This document shows, piece after piece, positions 38,699 to 50,649 of a DNA stretch of 64,000 nucleotides (its first letter is position 1; each line of letters starts with the position of its first letter). The stretch spans positions 449,231 to 513,230 of the forward strand of contig NIVC01000606.1 of NCBI GenBank assembly GCA_002269645.1, given 5' to 3'. Source of the DNA: Macrostomum lignano (taxonomy: Eukaryota). A program made the position numbers and the translations under genes. The notes below the pieces were generated by a model that was not told the DNA's origin, made no database searches, and saw only the letters and a program-made list of their open reading frames with translations.

Positions 38699-38895
38699 AC
38701 CCCCTGATTTACACTGGTTGTGCAACTTATTTTTTGACCAAATTGTGATTTACCTATAAAAGAAACCTAAGCAAAAATAACATTACATTTGTCATTAGGA
38801 TAAATGATAAAAAACTATGACTATTATTAAAGTTAAATGCTTTATCATCTAATTAGTACTATCTATTTTTTCAGGTGGGCATTTTAATCACTTAC
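38699..38895 (+). repeat. Older, AT-drifted second copy of the 28S-carrying repeat
   Basis: Shares flanks with 37580-37775; retains AACTATGACT and AAATGC...TCATCTAATTAGTA. Confidence 0.65.
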
Positions 38896-40119
38896 TTTGT
38901 CTGGGCCCCTTGTCAGATAGCAAGATTACGAGCTAGCTAGGTCAGTTAGGTATTGTGCATATATGTATATATATCATTTTTTAATGCAACTATGAAGCAC
39001 AGTGATTCTAATAATGGTACATGCTTAGAGAATTGAGCACATACTACTATGTAGTGCATATAAAAATCTTAACCAAATTAAGTTTCTATTGCCTATGGTA
39101 ACTGATAGTTCAAATCATTATATAGAGATATAACCTAGTTATCTAGGAATATTGTCATGTTCCATAGCCTTATTGCAGCCTATAGCCATTATTGCAGATA
39201 GCGTCTAGCATGGATTAGCCTTATTGGAAAAAGTTTTTAAATGGTAGATGACTATCACTTTTTCTTTATTCTTTCCTCTTTGTATAATTTTCAATTGCTC
39301 TAAAGCCAGCTAAGCCAAAGGCTACATTGCTAGTTATGGGCCATTTAGTTTCACCAGGGATAACTTTGAATTTTTGATAGACAATAAAGCCATAAGATTA
39401 TAAATGTAGTTGAATTTTAATTTTGCTAAAATTTATATTAGAGTATATTGCATTACTATATTTATTCTCTACTATATATAATAGAAAGATAATTGTTGAA
39501 CCATTAATCCATTATTTGCCAGCTAATATTTAAAGTACAATTTTTTGTTATTTCAATGTGGTAATGCCACATAATTTAGTAGTTTAAACAAAACATGTCA
39601 AAACAATTGCTAGCACTATTTATTTTTGCTTATTTATATTTTTCTAAAAATCTATTGTATTTCTCAAAATTTATTTTCAATTAATTTTTTAATTAAATTT
39701 TAGATAAAAAAATGCAAAACACTAGCACTAGCTTTTATACAATACAATACAAAGTCTATATAAATGATAAAGAAATGGTATAAATGTAGAAATATGGATT
39801 GTCCCAAAACAGCCACATTTAAAATGTAGCCTATATAGTAGCACTGGCTATATAACTTATTTAGACAGTTATATCAGACAATCACAGACAGTGCCAGATT
39901 TAAGGGTTTTTTTTCAAATTTTGGAAAGGATTTGATTTTTGAAGGGCTGTGTTTAGTTTAAGCTTGGCCTCCATCAAACAGTTTCTCAATCTGTGCCTAA
40001 TCAAGATCTACCAGTGCACCGGTTTTTCAGCTTTATGCAGCATATTTGCATATTAGAAAAGCTATAATTGAAACCATTTCAGATTTGGCATTTTCTGTTC
40101 TGGCATTTTGAAAACGCCA

Positions 40120-43100
40120 ATGGATAATATAGGTAAGCATTTATTTGGATACATACTGAAAGTGTAAATAGTAGAGCACTGTAACTTCTGCTAGACGACA
40201 ATGTTTTGTCATCACTCAATTTAGCCGGCGCAGGTGCGGTGACACTACGCGTGCTGTCGTGGAACACTGAGGGGCTCAACTCGGAGCAGCTGGCAGCGCG
40301 CACAGAATCTGTGGCCAACTGCATCCTGGCGCACGATGTTCACGTGGCCCTGCTTCAGGAGGTCGTGCCCGCCAGCTTTGACCAGCTGCTTCAGCGGCTA
40401 AGCAACTATCGCCTGCTGCCGGGCGGTCACACAGACCATTATTTTGTGGCCACCCTGATCAAAGATTCTGTGCAGTGCCTGGACTGTCGGGTCCTGCCGT
40501 TGGACAATTCTAGAATGGGCCGCTGTCTGCTGGCCTGCAATGTGCAGCTTGGCGACAAGCAGGCCCGGCTGTTCAACTGTCATTTGGAATCTGGCGCTTC
40601 TCAGACTGCCGAACGGCGCGCCCAGCTGGTCACCTGTCTGCGCGCCATGACCTCGTCTGCCGCGACCCGCTCCCTGCTTGGTGAGCGCAAACAATTCAAA
40701 AGTTCTCTCCGATTTCTAAGAAACTTTTTAAGAGCAGCATAGCCTACGTATTTCTATGTCAAGGCTTACAGGGGGAATTGCTATAATAATGTCAAGGCTT
40801 ACAGGGGGAATTGCTATAATGTCAAGGCTTACAGGGGGAATTGCTATAATAATGTCAAGGCTTACAGGGGGAATTGCTATAATAATGTCAAGGCTTACAG
40901 GGGGAATTGCTATAATAATGTCAGGGCTCACAGAGGGAATTGCTTTAATGTCAAGGCTTACAGGGGGAATTGGTATAATAATGTCAAGGCTTACAGGGGG
41001 AATTGGTATAATAATGTCAAGGCTTACAGGGGGAATTGCTATAATAATGTCAAGGCTTACAGGGGGAATTGCTATAATGTCAAGGCTTACAGGGGGAATT
41101 GCTATAATGTCAAGGCTTACAGAGGGAATTGCTATAATAATGTCAAGGCTTACAGAGGGAATTGCTGAGATGTCAAGGCTTGAGTGGAATTGCTGAGATG
41201 TCAAGGCTTGAGTGGAATTGCTGAGATGTCAAGGCTTGAGTGGAATTGCTGAGATGTCAAGGCTTGAGTGGAATTGCTGAGATGTCAAGGCTTGAGTGGA
41301 ATTGCTGAGATGTCAAGGCTTGAGTGGAATTGCTGAGGTGTCGAGGCTTGAGTGGAATTGCTGAGGTGTCAAGGCTTGAGTGGAATTGCTGAGATGTCAA
41401 GGCTTGGGGGAATTGCTGAGGTGTCAAGGCTTGAGTGGAATTGCTGAGATGTCAAGGCTTGGGGGAATTGCTGAGATGTCAAGGCTTGGGGGAATTGCTG
41501 AGATGTCGAGGCTTTAGTGGAATTGCTGAGATGTCAAGGCTTGGGGGAATTGCTGAGATGTCAAGGCTTGGGGGAATTGCTGAGATGTCAAGGCTTGGGG
41601 GAATTGCTGAGATGTCAAGGCTTGAGTGGAATTGCTGAGGTGTCAAGGCTTGAGTGGAATTGCTGAGATGTCAAGGCTTGGGGAACTGCTGAGATGTCAA
41701 GGCTTGAGTGGAATTGCTGAGATGTCAAGGCTTGAGTGGAATTGCTGAGATGTCAAGGCTTGAGTGGAATTGCTGAGATGTCAAGGCTTGGGGGAATTGC
41801 TGAGATGTCAAGGCTTGGGGGAATTGCTGAGATGTCAAGGCTTGGGGGAATTGCTGAGATGTCAAGGCTTGAGTGGAATTGCTGAGGTGTCAAGGCTTGA
41901 GTGGAATTGCTGAGATGTCAAGGCTTGGGGGAATTGCTGAGATGTCAAGGCTTGAGTGGAATTGCTGAGATGTCAAGGCTTGAGTGGAATTGCTGAGATG
42001 TCAAGGCTTGAGTGGAATTGCTGAGATGTCAAGGCTTGAGTGGAATTGCTGAGATGTCAAGGCTTGGGGGAATTGCTGAGATGTCAAGGCTTGGGGGAAT
42101 TGCTGAGATGTCAAGGCTTGGGGGAATTGCTGAGATGTCAAGGCTTGAGTGGAATTGCTGAGATGTCAAGGCTTGAGTGGAATTGCTGAGATGTCAAGGC
42201 TTGGGGGAATCGCTGAGATGTCAAGGCTTGGGGGAATTGCTGAGATGTCAAGGCTTGAGTGGAATTGCTGAGATGTCAAGGCTTGAGTGGAATTGCTGAG
42301 ATGTCAAGGCTTGAGTGGAATTGCTGAGATGTCAAGGCTTGAGTGGAATTGCTGAGATGTCAAGGCTTGGGGGAATTGCTGAGATGTCAAGGCTTGGGGG
42401 AATTGCTGAGATGTCAAGGCTTGAGTGGAATTGCTGAGGTGTCAAGGCTTGAGTGGAATTGCTGAGATGTCAAGGCTTGGGGGAACTGCTGAGATGTCAA
42501 GGCTTGAGTGGAATTGCTGAGATGTCAAGGCTTGAGTGGAATTGCTGAGATGTCAAGGCTTGGGGGAATTGCTGAGATGTCAAGGCTTGGGGGAATTGCT
42601 GAGATGTCAAGGCTTGAGTGGAATTGCTGAGATGTCAAGGCTTGAGTGGAATTGCTGAGATGTCAAGGCTTGGGGGAATTGCTGAGATGTCAAGGCTTGG
42701 GGAATTGCTGAGATGTCAAGGCTTGAGTGGAATTGCTGAGATGTCAAGGCTTGAGTGGAATTGCTGAGATGTCAAGGCTTGAGTGGAATTGCTGAGATGT
42801 CAAGGCTTGAGTGGAATTGCTGAGATGTCAGGTAAATAGGATTCTGTCAGTAGACTTCTTGCAGACTCAATGTTTACAGAGTACGCAACTTTGACGATTG
42901 ATAAAAGTCTTAATTAGTCCGAAGAATCCCAATAATAAAACAAATTAGCGATGCAATTCATCCAACTTGGAAAAACGCGGGTGCCAATTTGGCATCCGAG
43001 GTCCAAATTCAGCATGCTATTAAAGCCGATGTATCTTGACACACTCAGAAAAAAAAATTATGACAAAAATAAATGAATGACCAGCTTAGCTGATAAACTT

Positions 43101-43502
43101 TATGTTCTAATTATGTTCAAATCAGAATCTGTTCGCCATTCCGCTATAACAAAACCATCCGATTCAATAAAACAAACAGGCGGCGATTTCAATATAATGT
43201 GCAGCGACGAGCTGAAATCGGCGGGCGGCCTGCCCGATACGGTCTCGGACGCGTGGGAGGCCAGCGGCCGGCCCAAAGGTGAAAAGTACACGTGGGACGC
43301 AGCTAAAAATTTGAACGCTGCCCGGCGTTGCGGCCGGCGCTGTATTGGCCGTTTGATGCGGTCCAGTTACCGGCCCGATCGCCTGCTAGTGCGCGGCATG
43401 ACAGTTGATAGGTTCGAGCTGTGCGGGCGGGACAGGCCGCCAGGCCTGCAGATGCACACTTCTGATCACTACGGCCTGCTGGTCAGTCTAGTCCTGGATT
43501 GA
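40120..43502 (+). CDS. TDP2: Tyrosyl-DNA phosphodiesterase 2 (EEP nuclease family); exons 40120-40132, 40225-40680, 43180-43502
   Basis: Motifs LSWNTEGL, LLQEVV, SRMGR, NCHLES, GGDFN (made by the phase-1 splice 40681-43179), YTWD, PDRLL and SDHYGL. Candidate first coding exon ATG GAT AAT ATA G|GTAAGC has the matching phase 1. Confidence 0.9.
40755..42830. repeat. 2-kb compound minisatellite in TDP2 intron: ~33-36-bp unit grading into 27/28-bp units (GAGATGTCAAGGCTTGAGTGGAATTGCT / ..GGGGGAATTGCT)
   Basis: Visible; both parts share ATGTCAAGGCTT...GGAATTGCT. Confidence 0.97.
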
Positions 43503-45014
43503 GGCTGAATGCTTTTGCAGTTTCCCAGAGGTCATATGAACACCCACCTCCCCTAATCTTTCTCGCGCAGGGTGAGTTACTGGTAAGCACCCTTTAGACC
43601 GCCAACTTCGCTCGTAGAGGTAAAAAACGAAAATGTACTTGAAAAAAGTGCAATATAGAGAGAGAATCGGTTTTCTAATTTTGGCTATCTAGATTTGTCT
43701 GCGACTTTAACACCGAATACCTACCTGCCAACCATTGCTTTGTACAATCGCCAGTGCTTTTGTCTGTCAGTCTCATTAATACTAATGCCATTGTCTTTTG
43801 TCATATTGAGCTGACAAATTTTTACGGGGATTTTTTAGGACACTTATCCCATCTTGTGGATAGATGATCTTTGGTCACCATGCTCGAATAGCAATTCTTT
43901 ACTTGATTGTGTTTGGCTTGTAGTCTGTGGGAGACTGCAGCTTGGAGTGGGAATTCTTATCTTGATGGCCCTAATGATTAACTTATAAACTGACAGAACT
44001 ACTAAGAAGCTGCCAGCTCATCTTGCTATTGATTAGTGTGCTTTAATTCAAAATTAAACTCATCATTTTCGAATCGCTTACTCTGCATGTCCTTTGTTTC
44101 TAGATTATTTAGATTAGACGAGCTTAAGCACCAGGTGCTTTATTATTATAAAATTATAAACTTCAGATTCACCGATGATTCGCCCGCATCGAGCGTTGGC
44201 CCGTCTGTATTTCCCCTGTCGCGTCTTAAGGATTCTTTGTATAAAATGCTCCATCATCATAAGATTAATTCTAATAAAAGTATTATATTCTTTGCTTGTA
44301 GCAGTTTATATTTTCAACAAAGAACTGAGATGAAGTTCTTTTGCTTTTGCTCGACTTCGCTCTCTATATTTACCTGTAAAGACTGTCTTTTTATAAATAT
44401 TTCTGCGAGAATAGAAATGAAATTCTCTAATTTTATTGCTGCTTGTTCATATAGAGAAGCAGAAATATATCTGCTGGTGCAACTTAACAGCGTGTAAAGA
44501 TTTTTTGCTTTTATAATTTAAAGCTACTTCTTACTATGAAAGAATTAAAATAACTAATTAAAAAACTTTAACTGCTTTATTATTTACTTGTTTTGCGCAT
44601 AGACAAGCCAAGTGGAAGAACGCTACGTTTGATTTCTTAGAAATAAGCTGAAAGCAGTCAAGGAACCTTTATTTGTAGTACCGCAAAGCGCTGAAAGAGG
44701 TTTTGCCATAGACAATTTCGGTTGAGAAAAAACGATCTCTTCTCTTCCAGTTATTTTCTAGGAAAATCGAGTTTAGCGCCCCTTCCACTGCATTTCCATG
44801 ATTTTAGATGAATACCTGCTTAGTGTATTTAGCATCAGCACAAGTGAATAGCATGCGTATGTACGTACATGGAATGGATAGCACATTTGTTAGTTATACT
44901 GGTATAATAAAATATGACATAAGTATAGCTCGCATTAACTAATGTGTAAGCTATTAAGAATAAAGCAGTAAAACTTATAACTTAATTAACAAGCGGAAGC
45001 GGACAGGGGCCGTA

Positions 45015-45120
45015 GCAGAGTGGAAAGTTAGGGCCGCTGTACACTCCTGTGCCTGTGCGTACGTACCTGCGCGCTTATGTGCCACTCGCCGGTTGTGTGA
45101 CAGTGTTGCTTAAAGTGTGC
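45015..45120 (+). mobile_element. Fragment of SINE family B
   Basis: AAGTTAGGGCCGCTGTACACTCCTGTG..CTGTGCGTACGTA..CTCGCCGGTTGTGTGACA matches 16733-16800 and 61730-61860. Confidence 0.6.
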
Positions 45121-45425
45121 TAGGGTGCGCAAGTCCCTGGCCTGTCTTTAACTAAAAACATTAGAAGCGGATACAGCTGGAGCTACAGGGCATTCGATGA
45201 AAAATCGGAACAAATCAGGCCAAGGTGCTGGTGGTGGCCTCATCAAGTGGAGGCCCAAGCAGCACGTTATAAAGGCATAATAATGATCAAAGAAAATAAC
45301 AAAATGTGATATTCTGAGTAATGAAACGCTGCAAAATTGCGAAAAATGATTAATCAGAAGCTGCTCATTTAAAACTCGAATCTAGCTACTTAAAAATGGA
45401 GGGGCCCAGTAGTCTGACAAGGTCA

Positions 45426-47000
45426 TTATATATTAACCATGATTTTTTCCACCGGCTTGCGAGTCAGATTAGGCACCTGGGCATTGTGGGCCGCGTAGCC
45501 AAGCGGCAGAAGCAGGTGCACCTTCTCGTTGGGCGGCCGGCCGAGCAGTCGGCGAAGCGCTGGCCCGGCGTTCATCGGCGTGCTGGTTAAAGTGCACAGG
45601 CCGACATTCTGCACAGCGGCCAGGAATAATCCGGCTGAGATGCTAACCGAGATTTCCGAGTAATAGTGCTGCCGCTTCTCCTCCCGACCGCTGCGCCAGC
45701 CGTGCACCTGTCCAATTGCATTTCAAGGTGGTTATGGGCTATCCAATATTTATCTTTCAGTGGGCTGCTATCTCTCAGTTCTGCAGTGCCTGAGCTACCT
45801 CTCTCACGTCTCAGTTCAGATTGAAAAGAATCAATGTACATACAGAATTCTAATTTTGTCCAAAGAGAGGTTTAACCCACTTTTTAGTGTTTTTTATCGC
45901 TCTGTAAGAAATTTGATTCGCATCCTTTTCTTGCTACTCGTTAGTAGCAAGGCAACCATCACACAAAAAAGTGCGTCGAGCACTAACTTGCGTACCTGTC
46001 GCATAAGCACAACAATAACCGGAGCCTCAGTAAGATACGGCTTCTCCCAGCTAGTCCGCAGTTTAGCCAAGTCCGCCTTCCACTCTGCGCTCATCCTTCT
46101 GGCGTAGTTAATCTCCTCTTCCTCTTCCACAATCTCCCGGATGCGCCGCTTCATCAGCTCGTTAGTGACGCACACGTAGGTCCAGGGCTCGGTGTGGGCG
46201 CCGCTGGGCGAGGAGCCGGCCGCTGTGACCAGCAGCCGCACCAGTTCGGGGTCCACCGGCCGCTCACTGAACTGGCGGCACGAGCGCCTGCGGCTCAGCA
46301 AGTTGGCAAAGTCGGTCGCCCGTTTCAACATCTCGGATTCGGAATAGGCGACATTGGAATACGGCACCAGGCTGAGTTCCGCCTCCTCACCAGCTGACTG
46401 CTCCGAGCTGTCTTTGTCCGTCTTGTCTTCAGATTCCCCAGCTTCTTCTTCATCTTCGTCGTCATCTTCTTCCGGATCGACTGATTCATTCACAACCGGG
46501 GGGCGGCCTCGCCGACGCCTGAGCTCGCTTTGTGGCGCCTGCTTTAAAGTCGCTGCTGGCTTTGATTTCTGCTTCTGCTGTTGCTGCTGCTGCTTCCGCG
46601 CTGGCATTCTGCCTTCCCCTCGCTGCTCGTCGGAGTCCTCCTCGCTATCATCCTCTTCGTCCAGCATCTCAAACAGTTTGCGCTCCAGCTCGGCTGTCCG
46701 CTTCTGCGTAGCCTTCTGGTCGGCTTGCTGACTCTTCTGCTTCTGCTTCTCGGGTTGCTTAGAATTCTTTGTCTTCTGCGACTTTGAGCCCACGCTAAAT
46801 GGTATGTCGCTGGGCATTGTAGCAGCGGACAGGCCGCCCCTGTACCCTGGCATGAGCCTCTCGTCCATGGGCATGTTCGGCACGGCGGTCCTGCGCTGCT
46901 GGAACAGGTGCATCACTAGAAAGCCGATGAGCGAGCCCAGCACGGCCTGCAGCGTGGTGGAATCCTTGAACAGACTCCACAGTGTGAATGCGTCCGTCAT
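45426..47000 (-). CDS. IYD: Iodotyrosine deiodinase (FMN nitroreductase superfamily), 428 aa; exons 47000-45996, 45707-45426
   Basis: N-terminal membrane anchor; RRRSCRQFS, SPSGAHTEPWTYV, EEEEEINYARRM, W.KPYLTEAP, RQ|VHG, HYYSEISVSISAG, TSTPMN, GRPPNEK, LLPLGY, RKP. Phase-0 GT-AG intron 45995-45708. Confidence 0.95.
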
Positions 47001-48303
47001 GGTTGGCAGGTTCCAACTAGGCAGTCAAATATTACTGGAGTTGCAATTCAATTTGTTTGCTTTTTAAGCATGAACAAGATCAGGCCTAGTTTTACCCTTA
47101 TTTGAATGTTTACTATCATCATATATGCAAAACTTGCTAAAAACCTAAGCATTTACATACTTCAACAAATTAATTATACTATGAAATACAATAGTTAGAG
47201 CCAGAGTACCAGAGGTTGTCTCAAAAGTTTTTCAGGACAGAGGTCACCATTTTTTACACAAATGCTCAAGGAAGCTGGAAGTTTAGATATTATCTAAGAG
47301 AACTTTAACAAAGTCTTTAAGAAAGGGTAGTGTTAGTTTTATGCAATTTCAATGGTTAAGTTCAAATATTATTAACACAATTTTTGCCCAAAATATTCCC
47401 CATCACTGTTGCTGTCACAGATATTCACCATTCATGAAGATGCACTGTTAGTAGTGCTCAATCAGCTTGTCAGAGTCTCTCAAAAGTGGCATCTATCTGG
47501 CTTAGGTAATGCTCTACTGTAACTGCAGCTACAGTTATAGGAAATTTAGGGTAGCACTTTTTTGAGCACAATTAGGTTATAGATTGTGGCTATGGAAATC
47601 TTGCCTAGTAGCAGATAAAGTTATGGATTATAGATTTGGAGCACCTAATGTAATTTCTAAAGTAAATTGAAAATTATTTTTATATGCAAAAAACTATTTA
47701 CCTTTTTTCATTTTAAATTTTATATTTTTGGCTAAATAAAAAGATACATTATTGCCTTTTGCATATAAAATGTATTTATATTTATTGTACCAAACTAGGC
47801 CTTAAAAGCCATTAAATTTGAAAGTTTTCACTGTTTGCTTGATTGCTTTTGCTTTGGCTTCAAATTTTTGCTTTTTGGTTTTTGAAATCAATGATTTTGT
47901 TAATTTTGTTGATTTATAATATGGCTATAGGAAATTTTGGAATATGGAGATTTGACTATCTAGAAAATAACAAATTACAGCTACAGGGATAGCATAATAA
48001 AATTTAGTATGGCTATGGTTATAAAGGTACAGAGGTATAGCAATAGAACACTAGGTTTAGGGATTTGCTGTTGGCACTAATCATTTTCTAAGGAGTCAAG
48101 AAAAAGATAAAGATTTACAATAGTTTTAGAAAACAAAAGCTAAACTCTTTTACTTTTACTTATATATAAGCAACAGCATAAGGATATGCATTTTCTCACA
48201 GAATGAAAGGTTTCTAGTGCAAAGTGCAGCCCTTGTTTAAGACAGTATTTGCAAACAATGGAGTTGATCAATGGCATTATTATAATTAAACTATAGTAAC
48301 TAG

Positions 48304-48710
48304 TAGGGGTCGGACGTGATCACAATTGTGATCACGATTTTGTGAATTCACGACCATTTTTTTCACGATTGTTATTTCCTTGAAACCCGTTCACGACAGT
48401 CGCGAATTTCCGTTTTATTACATTTTTATTAGAAGTATAACTTTTCTACTTGGTTTACCAAAATATGTGAACACAAATGTGTAAAAGAGTAATAAATTTT
48501 AATTTTGTTGACTTGACAGCATTACCAAGTAGCTATTATCAATTTATAAATATTTCTTTTCTTGTTTTGTTATTTTCAACACTTGTAACTTACGAGCTCA
48601 AAAACGTGTATGCAAATATAAATTCACGATCACGATCACGATCACGCCTGACTTTAAAAATTTCACGAAATTTCACGCCCGACCAAAATTTTCTGCTCAT
48701 CCGACCTCTA
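48304..48710. mobile_element. hAT-type MITE with TAG.GGTCGGA.G TIRs and perfect 8-bp TSD
   Basis: TAGGGGTCGGACG / CATCCGACCTCTA. GTAACTAG on both sides (48296-48303, 48711-48718). Interior rich in TCACGA repeats. Confidence 0.88.
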
Positions 48711-48723
48711 GTAACTAGGGCCT

Positions 48724-48889
48724 AATATTGAATATATAAATATAGTAGTTCTATAGTTGGGAACATTCTATATATACCCTGGAAAAAATTAATTAATTTT
48801 TTAGAATATACTAATATTATATGCCGAATATCCCAAATATCCCAACTATAGAACTACTATATAAAAAAATATTTATATATTCAATATAT
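48724..48889. repeat. Foldback element with ~39-bp inverted arms
   Basis: AATATTGAATATATAAATATAGTAGTTCTATAGTTGGGA vs TCCCAACTATAGAACTACTAT...ATTTATATATTCAATAT. Confidence 0.7.
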
Positions 48890-49062
48890 TATATTATATT
48901 ACCTTACACTAAGCTTCATATTTTCAATTTGAAATGTTATTAATAATGTGTAGATAACTATTATAATTGTTATTAGTATTGTAATTTTCAATTTTTAGCG
49001 TATGTAACACAAAAAGTAGAAAATCACTTTTTGTATACTAACATGTATGCTAATTTCTTGAG

Positions 49063-49608
49063 TAGTGATGGACCAAATGTAGATTTTTGCAAGTTTGCAA
49101 GTACAAAAAATTCCAAATCTGAATATCCAAATATGTTTCCGAATGTAGATAAAAGTAAAAAGTAAACGGCGGCAGTAACTATGACACCTTTCTGGACAAA
49201 AATGCCTTGTCATCTAATTAGTAATCGTATTAGTGCTATACATTAATTTACTGACAAGATTCAATCTAATCTCGGGCTTATACTATATCCATCTAGTATC
49301 TGAATTGAATTCAACTCAGAATTGAACTCAATTCTTTTATATCTAATCTAAGTACAATTACTAATACTAACTGACATTTTTGTGCAATTTGATAACTTCA
49401 CCATGTAGGCCTATAGTGCATATAAAATCTGTTGCATTTGCATTTCAAAAAAGATTAAACTTAAACAATGATTATTACAATTAAATGTTTTTGTGACTTT
49501 TACATTAGCATAATTTTGTTTTGGTTTTTCAATTTTTTTATATTTGGAAGCACATTTGGAAATTCGGATAGTAAAATTTCCAAATCCAAAAATTAGGACC
49601 CATCACTA
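49063..49608. mobile_element. hAT-type MITE with TAGTGATGG TIRs; carries a 28S-derived segment at 49162-49224
   Basis: TAGTGATGG / CCATCACTA. Flanks TTCTTGAG and TTGTTGAG (7/8 TSD match). Confidence 0.75.
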
Positions 49609-50358
49609 TTGTTGAGTGTAGACCTATACCAAAAATTTATAGCATATATGCTTTCTTCCTAATTATAGGTATAGCAGTTAGCAGTAATTGGTTACTATTT
49701 TATTTTTAGGTAAATTTATCTATGTTCTAAGAATTACATTTGGATCTACTTTTAAGATACAATGAAAATAAAAAATTAGGTCTAACTTCTAAATTTAAAT
49801 AACATTTCTAATTAATATTTAATATAATAAATAGGTCCTATTAAGATTCTTAAGCCTTGCTTTTTTGCTTCATTGGTTGGGGTTTTTAAGTGTGGTTGCA
49901 GTTAGGCTTTTCACAAAGATTGGTTCTAAAACCAAAATAATTCCAATTCTAGAACCAAAATTAATAGGAAAATTAAAAGCTTCAAACCTAGGCCTAATTT
50001 GTTTGTCAGTCTTTATCATTTTTATTTTGTCTTTCCTTGAATTTGTTTTCTATTGGATATGACAAAATCCAATAATTTTATATATTTTAAAAATATTTTT
50101 TAACAATAAAAAAAATTGACAATTTCAAATATATTTTACCATTAAAGTATAAACATGACAATGGATCGAGAAAATTTCTTGATCCAAATTCTAGAACCAG
50201 AACACAATTCTGGAACTGATTCTGAAAATGGAATAAACAATATGAAAAGCCTAATTGTATTTAAATATTCATTAACAATGCCTTATTTAGTACCAATTTA
50301 AATTAAACTAGCTTACTTACTAAACAAAATCAATTTTTAACATATCACATAAAATTCA

Positions 50359-50649
50359 GGCAATGGCTAGAGTTCCAGCAACAGAACCTGTTTTCTAATG
50401 GCTATGGATCTGGCAGTCTACTGCAGGCAGTTATCTACTAATGAAGTATTTGAACATTAGAAGTATCTTATTTTGAATCTCCTTGTTTCATTTTGATCTT
50501 ATCTTGAACAAAATCTCAATACAAACCAACCGTTAAAAAATTAAAATGTTTCTGCTATATTATACCCATAAATTGCACTACTGGAATACCACTGCCGGAT
50601 CCATAGCCGTTAGAAAATGGGTTCCAGTGCCGGAACTCTAGCCATTGCC
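50359..50649. mobile_element. MITE with ~60-bp TIRs and 9-bp TSD (Mutator/MULE-like)
   Basis: GGCAATGGCTAGAGTTCC...GCTATGGATC.GGCAGT at left and its reverse complement at right. TAAAATTCA at 50350-50358 and 50650-50658. Confidence 0.88.
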
